Of a DNA stretch of 64,000 nt, positions 10,656-38,300 are shown piece after piece. Numbering within the stretch: position 1 is the stretch's first letter; each line of letters starts with the position of its first letter. The translations under genes were made by a program, and so were the position numbers. Below the pieces are notes generated by a model, which was given only the letters and a program-made list of their open reading frames with translations, ran no database searches and had not been told where the DNA came from. The stretch is from Anolis carolinensis (taxonomy: Eukaryota): positions 62,001-126,000 of the forward strand of contig NW_026943825.1 of the NCBI RefSeq assembly GCF_035594765.1. The letters are read 5' to 3'.

Positions 10656-12006
10656 CTAACTGTGCCCGGCCACACGTTGCTGTGGCAAAGTCTGGTGGTA
10701 TGGGAAATAAAGTACAGTAGAGTCTCACTTATCCAACACTCGCTTATCCAATGTTCTGGATTATCCAACACATTTTTGGAGTCAGTTTTCATAATATCGT
10801 GATATTTTGGTGCTAAATTCATAAATACAGTAATTACTACATAGTATTACTGCATATTGAACTACTTTTTCTGCCAAATTTGTTGTCTTAACATGATGTT
10901 TTGGTGTTTCATTTGTAAAATCATAACCTAATTTGATGTTTAATAGGCTTTTCTTTAATGCCTCCTTATTATCCAACATATTTGCTTATCCAACATTCTG
11001 CCGGCCCGTTTATGTTGGATAAGTGAGACTGTACTGTATTGAGGAATTCCTGGTAGTTAAGGTAAAGGTTAAAGGTTTTCTCCTGACATTAAGTCCAGTT
11101 GTGTCCGACTACACACTGAAGTGGATTATGTGGCAGTGTGGAGTCAAGATAATCCAGTTCAAAGGAGATAATATAAGATTATAAATGGGTTATATAGCTG
11201 TGTGGAAGGGCCTTGAGTCTACACTGTCATATAATCCAGTTACAATCTGATAATCTGTATTTTATAGGCAGTGTGGAAGAGGCCTAAGTGAGGCCTAACT
11301 CCGCCTGTCCCCTGGGCTGAGTGGGTTGCTAGGAGACCAAGTGGGCGGAGCTTAGCCTTCTAACTGGCAGCAATTGGATAAAAACAATTATTCCTCTCCC
11401 TCTAATTAGGACTTTATTTTTCTTTTCTTTGTACGTTGTATGAACGTAGAGGCATGGATGAGTGGTTGTGTTGCCAAGTTTAGTGTTTCTGGGATGTGTA
11501 GTTTTGTTGTTTTGTCCTAGGCCGAAATTTCATTACCCTTTTATATATATAGACTAGCTGTGCCCGGCCACGCGTTGCTGTGGCAAAGTGGTGGTGGTAT
11601 TGGTTAAAAATTGTTGTGTAATTTTTATTTGACTTTATTTGCATTTTTTTATTAATTTTATTGTAAGTTATATTTTTATTTATTATATTTTATTATTTTT
11701 TGTATTATTTTTAGTTATTTTCTGTTATTATAGTATTTTATTGTATTAATTTTTAGTGTTTTTTATTTTTTTTTATTGGGTTGCTAGGAGACCAAGTTGG
11801 AGGAGCTTAGCCTTCTAAGTGGCAGCAATTGGATAAAAGCAATTATTCCTCTCTCTCTAATTAGGACTTTATTTTTCTTTTCTTTTTGTTGTATCAACCT
11901 AGAGGCGTGGATGATGGGTTGTGTTGTCAAATTTCGAGGTTGGGGGGCCTGCAGTTTTGTTGTTTTGTGGGTCGCCGTGATGCCATCACTCTTTTATATA
12001 TATAGA
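10656..12006 (-). mobile_element. Two head-to-tail non-autonomous Helitron-like elements; the first contains a mariner MITE (10715-11036)
   Basis: Minus-strand 5' TCTATATATATAAAA and 3' gcaacgcgtggccgggcacagCTAG; junction at 11553/11554. Confidence 0.75.
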
Positions 12007-12617
12007 TAGAAAAAAGACGTCGATAATTTATTCTCTTCCCAGTGATATTCGGGGCGGAGGGTGCAAAGGGCCAAAGGGCTCCAAGCCGTGGGTCCTAAAG
12101 ATCCTTCCTTTGGCGAAAGAGGCTGCGTCTCGATGCAGAATTCCTCTTTTTTCAAGAGCAGGGGGTTCGAATGGGGATGTCTTTCCCCCAAGGAAGCAGA
12201 GCTTTGGGTCCGTCCAGGCAGTCCGCTGTATCCGCTTCTCCGTGGCAGAAAAGGGAGCCGAGCCGCAGACGAGGAGCGTTGGCAGCGGGACCTCCGTCCA
12301 TACTTTTCCAGGCCCCAAGCTCTCGATTTCTGCTCTGTTCCCTTTCGAAACATTATAAATATCAACAAAAGTTGGGGGAAAGGTGGCCGAGGGTGGCCGG
12401 TCTGTGCTTTGTCGGCTTCTGTACGTACACAAGTCTTTGCAGGAGCCTTTCTGCAAAAGGGCGATTCGTTATATCTACAAGCGCAGTGTCCGGGGAGAGC
12501 GGTCCGGCCAGGCCAGGCCAGGTCCCTCCTCCGTCTTGACCGCAAAGACCCCTCTCCCTGGTCCTTGTCCGGAAGGTGAAGGGCTTCAAAACAACCCCGC
12601 TCCGGCTTCTGTCGCCA

Positions 12618-25980
<13,363 letters not shown>

Positions 25981-26525
25981 CTTGGACCCTCGACGCTCGT
26001 CAGGGCCTTCTTTTCCGGCATCGCCGGGAACTACTTCCGGGAGGAAACGCACACACTTCCGCCGGCCGCCATCTTTTCCGTTGTTTTGGGTTTACAGTTT
26101 TGTTATTGTTTGCCTTTCCCCACTTGTCTGCCCCGGGCCCCTGATTTGTTGTTATTCGTTTTCCTCCCGGGTTCGGAATTTTTCCTCGGTCCCTTACAGC
26201 TCTTTTTCCGGTTTTGCCTAAGCCCCGCCCCTTTTTAATCGCGATTGGCATAAAGAGCGCAACGAGGGGAAGTGGGCGGGGCCTTCCCGGCAGTGGGCGG
26301 GGCCGCGTCGCTCTGCGGAAGGAGGGAGGGAGCGGCGCGGCGCATGCGCGGGACCCGTCTCGGCGCCTCCCTCAGGCTTCCGGCCAGCGGAGGCGAGCGA
26401 GCCCGGGCTTCGGCGAGGCCTTGCCCCGACCCGGAGGGCTCCGCGGGGGCTCGGCTCCCTTCTCCGCCGCCTGGCGAGGCCTCGAGGCCCGCGCGCCCGC
26501 CTCAGGCCTGCCCCGGGCCTCCGCC
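25981..26525. promoter_or_regulatory. Bidirectional CpG-island promoter between KAT5 (-) and RELA (+)
   Basis: YY1-type CCGCCATCTT 25974-25983 and 26066-26075, ETS ACTTCCGG 26033-26040, GC boxes near 26274 and 26295, NRF1 GCGCATGCGC 26340-26349. Confidence 0.8.
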
Positions 26526-26573
26526 ATGGCGGACCCGCTCGCCCACATCCAGGCCGGGTTCGGAAGCGCAGCC

Positions 26574-29500
26574 ATGGACGGTGAGTCGGGGGCGCGCCCT
26601 GGCAGGGCTCTCCGGGGCACCAGCACACCCTCGAAGCCCTCCCGACAGAGGGCCGGCCAGCCCCTGCTTTAAAAAACCCTGCGGAGGAGACCCCAACAAT
26701 ATATCTATCTATATCTATAAAAGGGTAATGAAATATCGGCCTAGGACCAAACAACAAAACTACACATCCCAGAAAAACTAAACTTGGCAGCACAACCCCT
26801 CATCCGTGCCTCTACGTTCATACAACAAAAATAAAATAAAAATAAAGTCCCAATTACAGGGAGAGGAATCATTGTTTTTATCCAATTGCTGCCATTTAGA
26901 ATGCTAAGGCCCGCCCACTTGGTCTCCTAGCAACCCACTCAGCCCAAGGGACAGGCAGAGTTAGGCCTCTTCCCCACTGCCTATAAAATACAGATTATCA
27001 AATTTGAACTGGATTATATGGCAGTGTAGACTCAAGGCCCTTCCACACAGTTCTAGAACCCATTTATAATCTTATATTATCTGCTTTGAACTGGATTATC
27101 TTGACTCCACGCTGCCATATAATCCACTTCAGTGTGCAGTCGGACACAACTGGAGTTAATGTCAGGAGAAAACCTTTACCTTAACTACAGTAGAGTCTCA
27201 CTTATCCAACATAAACGGGCCGGCAGAATGTTGGATAAGCGAATATGTTGGATAATAAGGAGAGATTAAGGAGAAGCCTATTAAACATCAAATTAGGTTA
27301 TGATTTTACAAATTAAGCACCAAAACATCATGTTATACAACAAATCTGGAGGAAAAAGTAGTTCAATACACAGTAATGTTATGTAGTAATTACTGTATTT
27401 ACAAATTTCGCACCAAAATATCATGATATATTGAAAACATTGACTACAGAAATGCGTTGGATAATCCAGAATGTTGGATAAGCGAGTGTTGGATAAGTGA
27501 GACTCTACTGTACCACCAATTCCTCAATACTTTATTTCCCATACCACCAGACTTCGCCACAGCAACGTGTGGCCGGGCACAGGAATAGTACAATATACTG
27601 GGAGTGTGTTATTATATATCCCAGTACCATAATATAGTTCAATAACTTATTTATTTATTTCCCTCATTTCTATCCCGCCCTCCTCACCCGAAGGGACTCG
27701 GGGCGGCTCACAATCTGGCAAAAAATTCAATGCCAATATACAATACAAGGAGATAAAACATAAACAATTAAAACAATTGGATAATTTAACAAAATACAAT
27801 AAATACATTAAAAACCATACAGTATAAAATCCTTAAACCATCCATCCTCAAAACCTTGTACATAAACCTTAATCCGGACCGAATCGAAGCCAACATAATT
27901 CACTCATCAAACGCCTGCTCACAAAGCCAAGTCTTTACTTTTTATAATTATAATTATATTGATATAATAATAGCATATTATATATTACATGTAATTATGC
28001 TAATATGTATTATATATACTACAACTTATATAGTATGATATATAATATAATATGAATAGTATAATATATAGCTAGTGTATGACATATTACGTACAATATA
28101 GTACAATATAATAATTCTAATGATATAATAATTATATATTATATATTACGTGTAATATTACTAATATCTTATATATACAATATGAATAATATAATATATA
28201 GGTAGTTTATTACATATTATTACTTATAGTACAATATAATAATTATAATGATATAATAATTACATATATATTACATGTAATGTTGCTAATATGTATTGTA
28301 TATACTACAACATGATATAGTGTGGTATATATATAATATGAATAGTATAATATATAGGTAGTGTATTACATATTATTATGTATAATATAGTACAATATAA
28401 TAATTATAATGATATAATTACATATTGCATATTACATGTAATATTACTAATATCTATTATATATACTATAACTTATGACATAGTATGATATATAATACAA
28501 ATAGTGTAATATGTATGTAGTGTATTATATATTGTGGCATAATAATATAGTACAATAATTATAATAATATAAAATTATATATTATATGTAATATTATTAA
28601 TATGCATTATATATACTACAACCTATGATATAGTATGATATATAGGTAGTGTATTACATATCATTACATATAATATAGTACAATAATTATAATAATATAA
28701 AATTATATATAATATGAAATATTAATATGCATTATATATACTACAACCTATGATATAGTATGATATATAGGTAATGTATTGCATATCATTACATATAATA
28801 TAGTGCAATATAATAATTGTAATATATAATATGTAATTATTATATCATTTAATATCATGTAATATCATGTAATATTACTAATATCTATTATATATACTAC
28901 AACTTATGATATAGTATGATTTATACTTAGTACAAATAGTATAATATGTTGGTAGTGTATTATTATATATTGTGGCACAATAATATAGTATAATAATATA
29001 AAATTGAGCCTGAAAACTCACAGCAACCCAGTAACTTTGTTATTGTCCTCACGGCCTCAGTTAAAATGCATCAACATAAAATAAATACAACAAAATACAG
29101 ATATCAGAGCACACCACTAAAAGATCCATATAGCAAAACACATGGTACCATGATCACGAGACAAATAATAAATGTATCTGCCCTGCGCTAAAGCTAAAAA
29201 GTGTGAGAGCCTGGCCAAAGGTCATGCAGGGAGATTTATGGCTTCCCCAATTGCATCTGACACTTTATTTATACATTGCATTTATATCCCTTTTTCCCCA
29301 CCAAACTAAACCTGCTGCAATACCAAGCCCTTGGCACCCCTGTATGGATTTCTCCTTTCATGAGGCCGTGTTCTGAAAACTATAGAAACAAAAGCCTCCA
29401 CCATTCAGTCTGTGGAAGTGCGTGTCTCTCCCGCACTTCCTCTTTTGGGGCCGAAAGTGAACTTTTCTGTGCCTCTTCGTTCTCAAAAACTCTCATGTGA

Positions 29501-29666
29501 GAGGTTCCGAATTGTGTTGTGCTTTTTGCATTGTTGTCGTCTTGGTAATAACCTTCCCTTCGTCAAAAACCTAGCTGGAATGTCTCTTGCCAGCTTGGAG
29601 ATGAATTAGATTTATAGGGTAGAGAGCACATACAATGCGATTAGTGCTAACGCAGGTCTGGCAGGT

Positions 29667-29715
<49 letters not shown>

Positions 29716-32700
29716 AAATCATTACATTCAGAACCATAAAGACTGGAGGAAGGACCGCTTTCCAGCAGCAGAAGGTCTCCCTTCTATGAAGAACATTCCA
29801 ATTCAAGTTGATAATGCAAGCTTTATAGGTTTCTGCTTACTAGAAAGGCTAATATTTTGTCATTCATAATGTATTTTAATAGTTTTAACTGTTTTATGTG
29901 CTGTTTTTATATTGATTTGTACGGGCATCTAATTGTTGCCACTATTGTAAGCCGCCCTGAGTCCCTTTGGGTGAGAAGGGCGGGATATAAATGTGAGAAA
30001 TCTATATCTATAAAAGAGTAATGAAATTTCGGCCTAGGACAAAACGACAAAACTACACATCCCAGAAACACTAAACTTGGCAGCACAACCCCTCATCCAT
30101 GCCTCTACGTTCATACAACAAAAAGAAAAGAAAAATAAAGTCCTCATTAGAGGGAAAGGAATAATAGTTTTTATCCAATTGCTGCCAGTTAGAAGGCTAA
30201 GCTCCGCCCACTTGGTCTCCTAGCAACCCACTCAGCCCAGGGGACAGGCAGAGTTAGGCCTCACTTAGGCCTCTTCCACACTGCCTATAAAAGACAGATT
30301 GTCTGATTTTAACTGGATTATACGGCAGTGTAGACTCAAGGCCCTTCCGCACAGCTATACAACCCATTTATAATGGACTTAATGTAAGATAAAACCTTTA
30401 CCCTTTACCTTAACTACCACCAATTCCTCAATACTTTATTTCCCAGACCACCAGACTTCGCCACAGCAATGCCTGGCCGGGCACAGCTAGTATTGTTATA
30501 TTATACAATATTATTATATTATATTATTATTATATTATTATATTATATTATAATATTATATTAATAATTTATATTATAATAATATAAAAATAATATTGGG
30601 TTTTTTTTCTCCTCTCTCCAGACCTCCTGCCATTGATTTTTCAACAGAACTGGGGTAAGTTGCACACTTCAATTCCCGCTATCCCCATCTGGGAGATCTA
30701 CCTAGTCCTTCAGGCCTCTTCTCTTCTTTCTTGGCCCCGCCGTGCCTTTCCAGGGCGGTTGAGGATCTGGGCAGCATCCAAACGCGTGCCCCTCCCTGGC
30801 TTTCAGTTTGAGCAAAAATGATGTAAGGAGTGTTTATTCCTATTGCGTGTCCAAAGAAAACAGAGTGAATCACCGGTTAGGAATGCACACTGTATCCGTA
30901 ATGATTCTGCCCTAAGAATAGCACCGCAGCCGCTCGGGGATGGGACGTCTCACCGATTCTGACGTCCCCTCTTTGTTCTTCGCCTTGACCCGCAGACCCC
31001 GCTCCCAGCAGCACCCCCTTCGTGGAGATCATGGAGCAGCCCAAGCAGCGCGGCATGCGCTTCCGCTACCAGTGCGAGGGGCGCCTGGCGGGCTCCATCC
31101 CGGGAGAGCGGAGTACCGAGACCACCAAGACCCACCCCACCATCAAGGTCAGCCTTGTTTTCAGATCATGTCTTCGCAAACCCCCCCCCCCCCCCCCCAA
31201 CCAAAAAAATAATCATTACCTGTCAGTCATCACTCCTAGAATCCTACCGGGGCCGGGCTGTGGTGCAGGCTGTTGAGCAGCCTGCTGCAATAAATCACTC
31301 TGACCATGAGGTCATGAGTTCGAGGCCAGCCCGTGGCGGAGTGAGCACCCGTCAATTAAAATAAAAAATAGCCCCTGCTTGTTGCTGACCTAGCAACCCG
31401 AAAGATAGTTGCATCTATCAAGTAGGAAATAAAGTACCACTTATAAAAGTGGGGAGGCAAGTTTAACTAATTTACGACGTTGGAATGAGGAAGTGCCATC
31501 AGAGTGGATGATGAAGCAGCTGCTCCCCCCTGTGGCCAGAATGGAACATCCCCTCAGGAGAAGGTTAAATGGCCTCTGCGTCTGTCTGTCTCTGTCTCGG
31601 TTCTATATGTTTATGGGCATTGAATGTTTGCCCTATGTGTGTATAATGTGATTCGCCCTCAGTCCCCTTCGGGGTGAGAAAGAAGGGCGGGATATAAATA
31701 CTGCAAATAAATAAATAATACCGTGTTTCCCCAAAAATAGGACAGTGTCTTATATTAATTTTTGCTCCCAAAGATTCTCTAGGCCTTATTTTCAGGGGAT
31801 GTCTTATTTTTCCATGGAGAAGAATTCACATTTATAATGAACATTTATTCTATACTGTACAGTAGTTGTCATCACAAACCAACATAACCACACAAACTGT
31901 GAATCCTATCAAGAATTTCTTGTTACTGCCATTACTCCCATGTACAACTGATATGTACATTTACCAATTCTGCCTGCTTTGGTGTTCTGTTTGGCATGCT
32001 TCCAAACAAAACCTTTGCTAGGTCTTACTTTCGGGGGAGGCCTTATATTTAGCAATTCAGCAAAACTTCTACTAGGTCTTATTTTCTGGGGATGTCTTAT
32101 TTTAGGGGAAATCGGGTAGGAGTGTTGGCTGTTACTACCAGGCGTAGTTCAGATCGTGTTCAGCTTTGGGAGATTAGAAAGGCCAATCAGCGAGGTAGGA
32201 AATCCCACTTTTGGGGGAGTGTTTGGGCTGGCCTTTCACCTCCCTGCCTCTCTCCCCCCCAGATCCATAACTACGTGGGTCCAGGGAAAGTCCGCATCTC
32301 GCTTGTGACCAAAGAGACGCCGTACCGGCCCCATCCGCACGACTTGGTGGGAAAAGACTGCAAAGAGGGCTACTACGAGGCCGAGCTCTCCCCAGAACGC
32401 TCCATCCACAGGTGAGCCGAGGCCGGAAGGTTGGGCAAGGATTCGCTTGGAGCCCTTTCCAGCAGTGGTTGGGCGAGTGGGCTTGTTCACAAAAGACCCT
32501 CCCCGGAAACACACAGCAGAGCCACTTATCAGCACCAGTAGCCAAAAGGGATACAAAGAACCAAAACACACACACCAATGATAATTATTATGATAAATAC
32601 ACACAAATGTCTATACTAGACAATGTCGAAGAGATAAACAAACACGTTAAAGGTTCAAAACATAAAAAGAGATGTGTATATTAGAGCATCTTGCAAAGGC

Positions 32701-34888
32701 CACAGAAATAGTCAGGCCTCTCTGAGTATAGAGCTATCTTCCTTCTATATAAAAAGGATAAGCGAATACTATAAAGTTTCAAAACATAAAAAGAGATGTG
32801 TATATTAGAGCATCTTGCAAAGGCCACAGAAATAGTCAGGCCTCTCTGAGTATAGAGCTATCTTCCTTCTATGTAAAAAGGATAAGCGAATACTATAAAG
32901 GTTCAAAACATAAAAAGAGATGTGTATATTAGAGCATCTTGCAAAGGCCACAGAAATAGTCAGGCCTCTCTGAGTATAGAGCTATCTTCCTTCTATGTAA
33001 AAAGGATAAGCGAATACTATAAAGTTTCAAAACATAAGTTGCAACTGAACATAAGTTGCATAAGTTGAAACTGAATTACATAGTGCAACTTATGTTTTGA
33101 AACTTTATAGTACTCACTTTTCCTTTTTACATAGAAGGAAGATAGCTCTATACTCAGAGAGGCCTGACTATTTCTATGGCCTTTGCAAGATGCTCTAATA
33201 TACACATCTCTTTTTATGTTTTGAACCTTTATAGTGTTTGTTTATCTCTTCGACAATGATAATTATTATCGTGTACGCTGAACTCAGTCGACAGACCCAG
33301 TTTTTTTTTGAACTGAACACGCCTACCTATATTTTATAATGTTTTTTATTTTATAATGTGTAATCTAATCTCACATATCTACACTGTACATTTTATAATG
33401 TTTTTTTATCAGTTATAATTTTTTAACTCTTTTATATTGTACTGTATAATTTTTATATATGCGTTTTATTGTAGGCCGCCCTGAGTCCCCTCTTGGGTGA
33501 GAAGGGCGGGATATAAATATTGTAATACAGTAGAGTCTCACTTATCCAACATAAACGGGCCGGCAGAACGTTGGATAAGTGAATATGTTGGATAATAAGG
33601 AGAGATTAAGAAAAAGCCTATTAAACATCAAAATAGGTTATGATTTTACAAATGAAGCACCAAAACATCATGTGATACAACAAATATGACAGAAAAAGTA
33701 GTTCATTACACATTAATGCTATGTAGTAATTACTGTGTTTACGAATTTAGCACCAAAATATCATGATGTATTGAAAACATTGACTACAAAAATGGCTTGG
33801 ATAATCCAGAAACTTGGATAAGTAAGACTTGGATTAGTGAGACTCTACTGTACTTCTTTGCTTCCACGCTGGGCTTCTTTCTCACACAGATCAACAGCTT
33901 CGCTTTCACAGAGCCTCCTCTCACAACGAACTCACACAGAAGCTTCACACAGCAGCCTTCACACCGAGGCCTTCTCACACTACACTCTCTCTTACACTGA
34001 GGCCTTCCTCACACTTGAGGCCTACTAAGCTACAGGCACACCTTATTTCTGGCTCCTTTTTATCCAGCTTCCAGAACCTGGGGATCCAGTGCGTGCGGAA
34101 ACGAGACCTGGACAAAGCGGTGGCCAAGCGGATCGAAACCGGCAACAATCCGTTCAATGGTACGGAAACCAGTGCTGAGCTGGTCGCGATCCGCCCCATT
34201 CCCTGGAGTGTGATGTGGACCCTTCGTTTTGTTCCCCTCCTTTGACTTGTATGTGTTTTTAACTTGTTTTATTTTGTTTTATTACTTGTTTTATATTGTT
34301 GATGACCGGGCTTGGCCCCATGTAAGCCACCCCAAGTCCCTTCGGGGAGATGGGGCCGGGTATAAGAATAAAATTATTATTATTATTATTACTATTATTA
34401 TTATTATTATTGTCTTTCACGGTCTTTTCAGTGTCTGTCGAGGAGCTCAAAGGAGACTATGACCTGAATGCGGTCCGGCTCTGCTTCCAGGTCTGGATCC
34501 GGGACGCGGGCAGCGGGCACTTGGTCCAGCTGCCTCTGGTCGTCTCGCAGCCCATCTACGACAACCGTGAGTGTCTCCGGAGCCCATCGTTCTCCTCCTA
34601 GCCTTTCCCTATTTGTATTATGCTCATATGTTACTAGGTTTTAGTTCTGTGGTTGGTTTGATCTGTATGTTTTGCGTACTTATGTTCGTTATTCATATTA
34701 TGTGTAAATTGTTGTATAACCATACAATGCTATGTTGGAAACCGCCCTGAGTCCCTTGAGAAGATAGGGTGGTATATAAATATCATTATTATTATTTTAT
34801 TATGACACAGCAAACAAGATAGATATGCTGGATTTCGTATCAGAAAACCACAAGTCAAACACTTCCCAAGTGTCTAGGACTGTGTGAT

Positions 34889-34938
<50 letters not shown>

Positions 34939-35040
34939 GTTATTATTTTATTATGACACAGCAAACAAGATAGATATGCTGGATTTCGTATCACAAAACC
35001 ACAAGTCGAACACTTCCCAAGTGTCTAGGACTGTGTGATG

Positions 35041-35083
<43 letters not shown>

Positions 35084-35168
35084 GACATAGCAAACAAGAT
35101 AGATATGCTGGGTTTCGTTTCACAAAATCACAAGTCGAACACTTCCCAAGTGTCTAGGACTGTGTGAT

Positions 35169-35220
<52 letters not shown>

Positions 35221-35305
35221 GACACAGCAAACAAGATAGATATGCTGGATTTCGTTTCACAAAACCACAAGTCGAACACTTCCCAAGTGTCTAGGACTGT
35301 GTGAT

Positions 35306-35354
<49 letters not shown>

Positions 35355-38300
35355 GACATAGTAAACAAGATAGATATGCTGGGTTTCGTTTCACAAAATC
35401 ACAATTTGAACACTTCCCAAGTGTCTAGGACTGTGTGATGTATTTTCGGATGATGCTGCAGATCCCAGCAGGGTGGCCTTTTGCAGTTGGCAGATCGTAA
35501 TTTTGTTAGTGTCTGTTGTTTCCAAATGCCGGCTGTGATCTTTTGGCACAGCACCCAGTGTGCCCATCACCACCGGGACCACCTGCACTGGTTTCTGCCA
35601 GAGTCTTTGAAGTTCAATCTTGAGGTCCTGAGAGCGGCTGAGTTTTTCCTGTTGTTTTTCGTCAATGCGACTGTCACCTGGGATGGAGACATCAATGATC
35701 CAAACCTTTATTCTTTTCCACAACTGTGACGTCTGGTGTGTTGTGTTTCAGAATTTTGTCAGTCTGGATTCGGAAGTCCCGCAGTAACTTTGCGTGCTCA
35801 TTCATAATAATAATAATAATTATTATTATATTGGAAAGCAACGAGTCCAACATTGCCTCGTTCCTCTTAAATTACCCATCGCAATCGCGTTCCTTTTTCT
35901 TTCTACAGGTGCTCCCAACACCGCGGAGCTGAAGATCTGCCGGGTGAACCGTAATTCGGGGAGCTGCCGGGGGGGAGACGAGATCTTCCTCCTTTGTGAC
36001 AAAGTGCAGAAAGGTATTATCCCGTCCTGGAAAAAGGAGTCGTACATACACTATATTATATTATTAGCATAGCACAATATTGGCATTATATATTGCCATA
36101 TTGTACTATACCGCTATACTGCAATATTATTAGTAATATTATATGTAACTAGCTGTGCCCGGCCACGCGTTGCTGTGGCAAAGTATAGTGGTATGGGAAA
36201 TAAAGTATCTTGTATTATCTGCTTAGAACTGGATTATATGAGGCCCCTTATAATAATAATTATTATTATTATTTTATTTTTGTACCCGCCACCATCTCCC
36301 CAGAGGGACTCGGGGCGGCTTACAGATATAAAACCAACATACAATAATATCAAATACAAAAACACACAAATACACCCTTCTACACCTCTATAAAATGCAC
36401 ACTGAAGTGGATTATATGGCAGTGTGGAGTCAAGATAATCCAGTGCAAAGCAGATAATATAAGATTATAAATGAGTTATATAGCTGTGTGGAAGGGCCTT
36501 GAGTCTGCACTGGCAGCAATTGGCTAAAAATAATTATTCCTCTCCCTCTAATTAGGACTTTATTTTTCTTTTCTTTTTGTTGTATCAACCTAGAGGCATG
36601 GATGAGGGGTTGTGCTGCCAAGTTTAGTGTTTCTGAGAAGTGTAGTCTTGTTGTTTTGTCCTAGGCCGAAATTTCATTACCTTTTTATATATATAGATAT
36701 AATATATTATTGTATTATTATGAGTATTGTATTACACTATACAATTGTACTGATCCAGGGGCTAGCATGGAGCAGAGCCAGGCCGCTGCCTCAGGCCGTA
36801 GATTCAAAGGGTCACGGAAGGCACCGGGCGGTCAGCTCTTTATGGCCATGGGGATGGGAATCCTCTCCCTCGAGGGCCGGGATCATGTGGCTGGCAAGTA
36901 CCACGTGCCATTTGCCGCTCGGCCTCGGGCCGCGGTTCACCAAACATGGGAAGAAATGGGGCGGATTTCTCGTTGCCTGTCCGTGGGGCCTGCCGTGGGG
37001 CTGAGCCCTCTCTCCGCCTGCTTCCCCGCTTCCCTTGCAGAGGACATTGAGGTCCGCTTCTTCAAGGACTCCTGGGAGGCCAAGGGCTCCTTCTCCCAGG
37101 CGGACGTCCACCGCCAAGTGGCCATCGTCTTCAAGACCCCGCCCTACCTGGACCAAGCCCTGCGGGAGCCCGTCACCATCCAGATGCAGCTGCGGCGCCC
37201 CTCCGACAAGGAGGTCAGCGGCCCCATGGAGTTCCGGTACCTGCCCGATGAAGGTAGGCACGGCCTTCTTTGGGGACACGTCCATCCTCCTTCCTTCTGC
37301 AGAGGAGGAGCGAAGCTTGGTGGGGCTTGGGATGTGTAGCAAGGGCACCCAAAAGGTAGAACAACAACAGCAGTAACAATAATAATATGATGACGGGGCT
37401 TGGGATGTAAACCAAGGGCAGCCAGAAAGTATAACAACAACAAGAAAATGACAACAAGGCTTGGGATGTGTAGCAAGGGCACCCAAAAGGTATAACAACA
37501 ACAACAACAAAATGACAACAAGGCTTGGGATGTGTAGCAAGGGCACCTAAAAGGTATAATAACAACAACAGTAACAATAATAATATGATGACGAGGCTTG
37601 GGATGTGTAGCGAAGGCAGCCAGAAGGTATAACAACTACAACTACAGTAATATTAATAATAATTATAATGACGACGGGGCTTGGGATGTGTAGCAAGGGC
37701 AGCCAGAAGTTATAATAATAATTACAATAACAGCAACAATGTGAGTTTAGATATACTGGGTGGCTTGAATAATCGGCAAACGTTCTTCGCCACAGTCTCT
37801 GTGACTTAGCATAAAAGGTTGAGCGGCCATTCCCATCACCCCTAACCGTGCTTGCTGGGGATGATGGGCATGGCATCCCACGTTCTCTGGGGCCTTGAGG
37901 GAAGGTGAGACTGGCCTTGCGAGTGAGTAACGAGCCGTTCTTTGGCAGGCGACTCCCATCGGATTGAGGAGAAGCGTAAACGGACGCTCAGCACCTTCAA
38001 GACCTTTGTGCAGAAGGCTCCCTTTGCAGGTAGGTGAGGGGTTCCGTGGAGCCCACCCCGTGCCGGGAAAAGCTGGGGTGGGAGCCCGCACTCTGGGGGG
38101 TCCCCGTGTCCCCACAACGCTGCCGTGGACCCACGTGGTGCCGTGCGCTCCCTTCCGGAGGCCTTGCGTGGGCGGAATTTCCCTCGAGTGGAACCACGTT
38201 CTCTCCTTGGTCTTGGCAGCTCCTGAACCTCGCTCCTGGCGCCGCATCGCTGTTCCAAAACAGAACTTGGCCCGGCCCGGAACCAGCGGTAAGGACTCAC

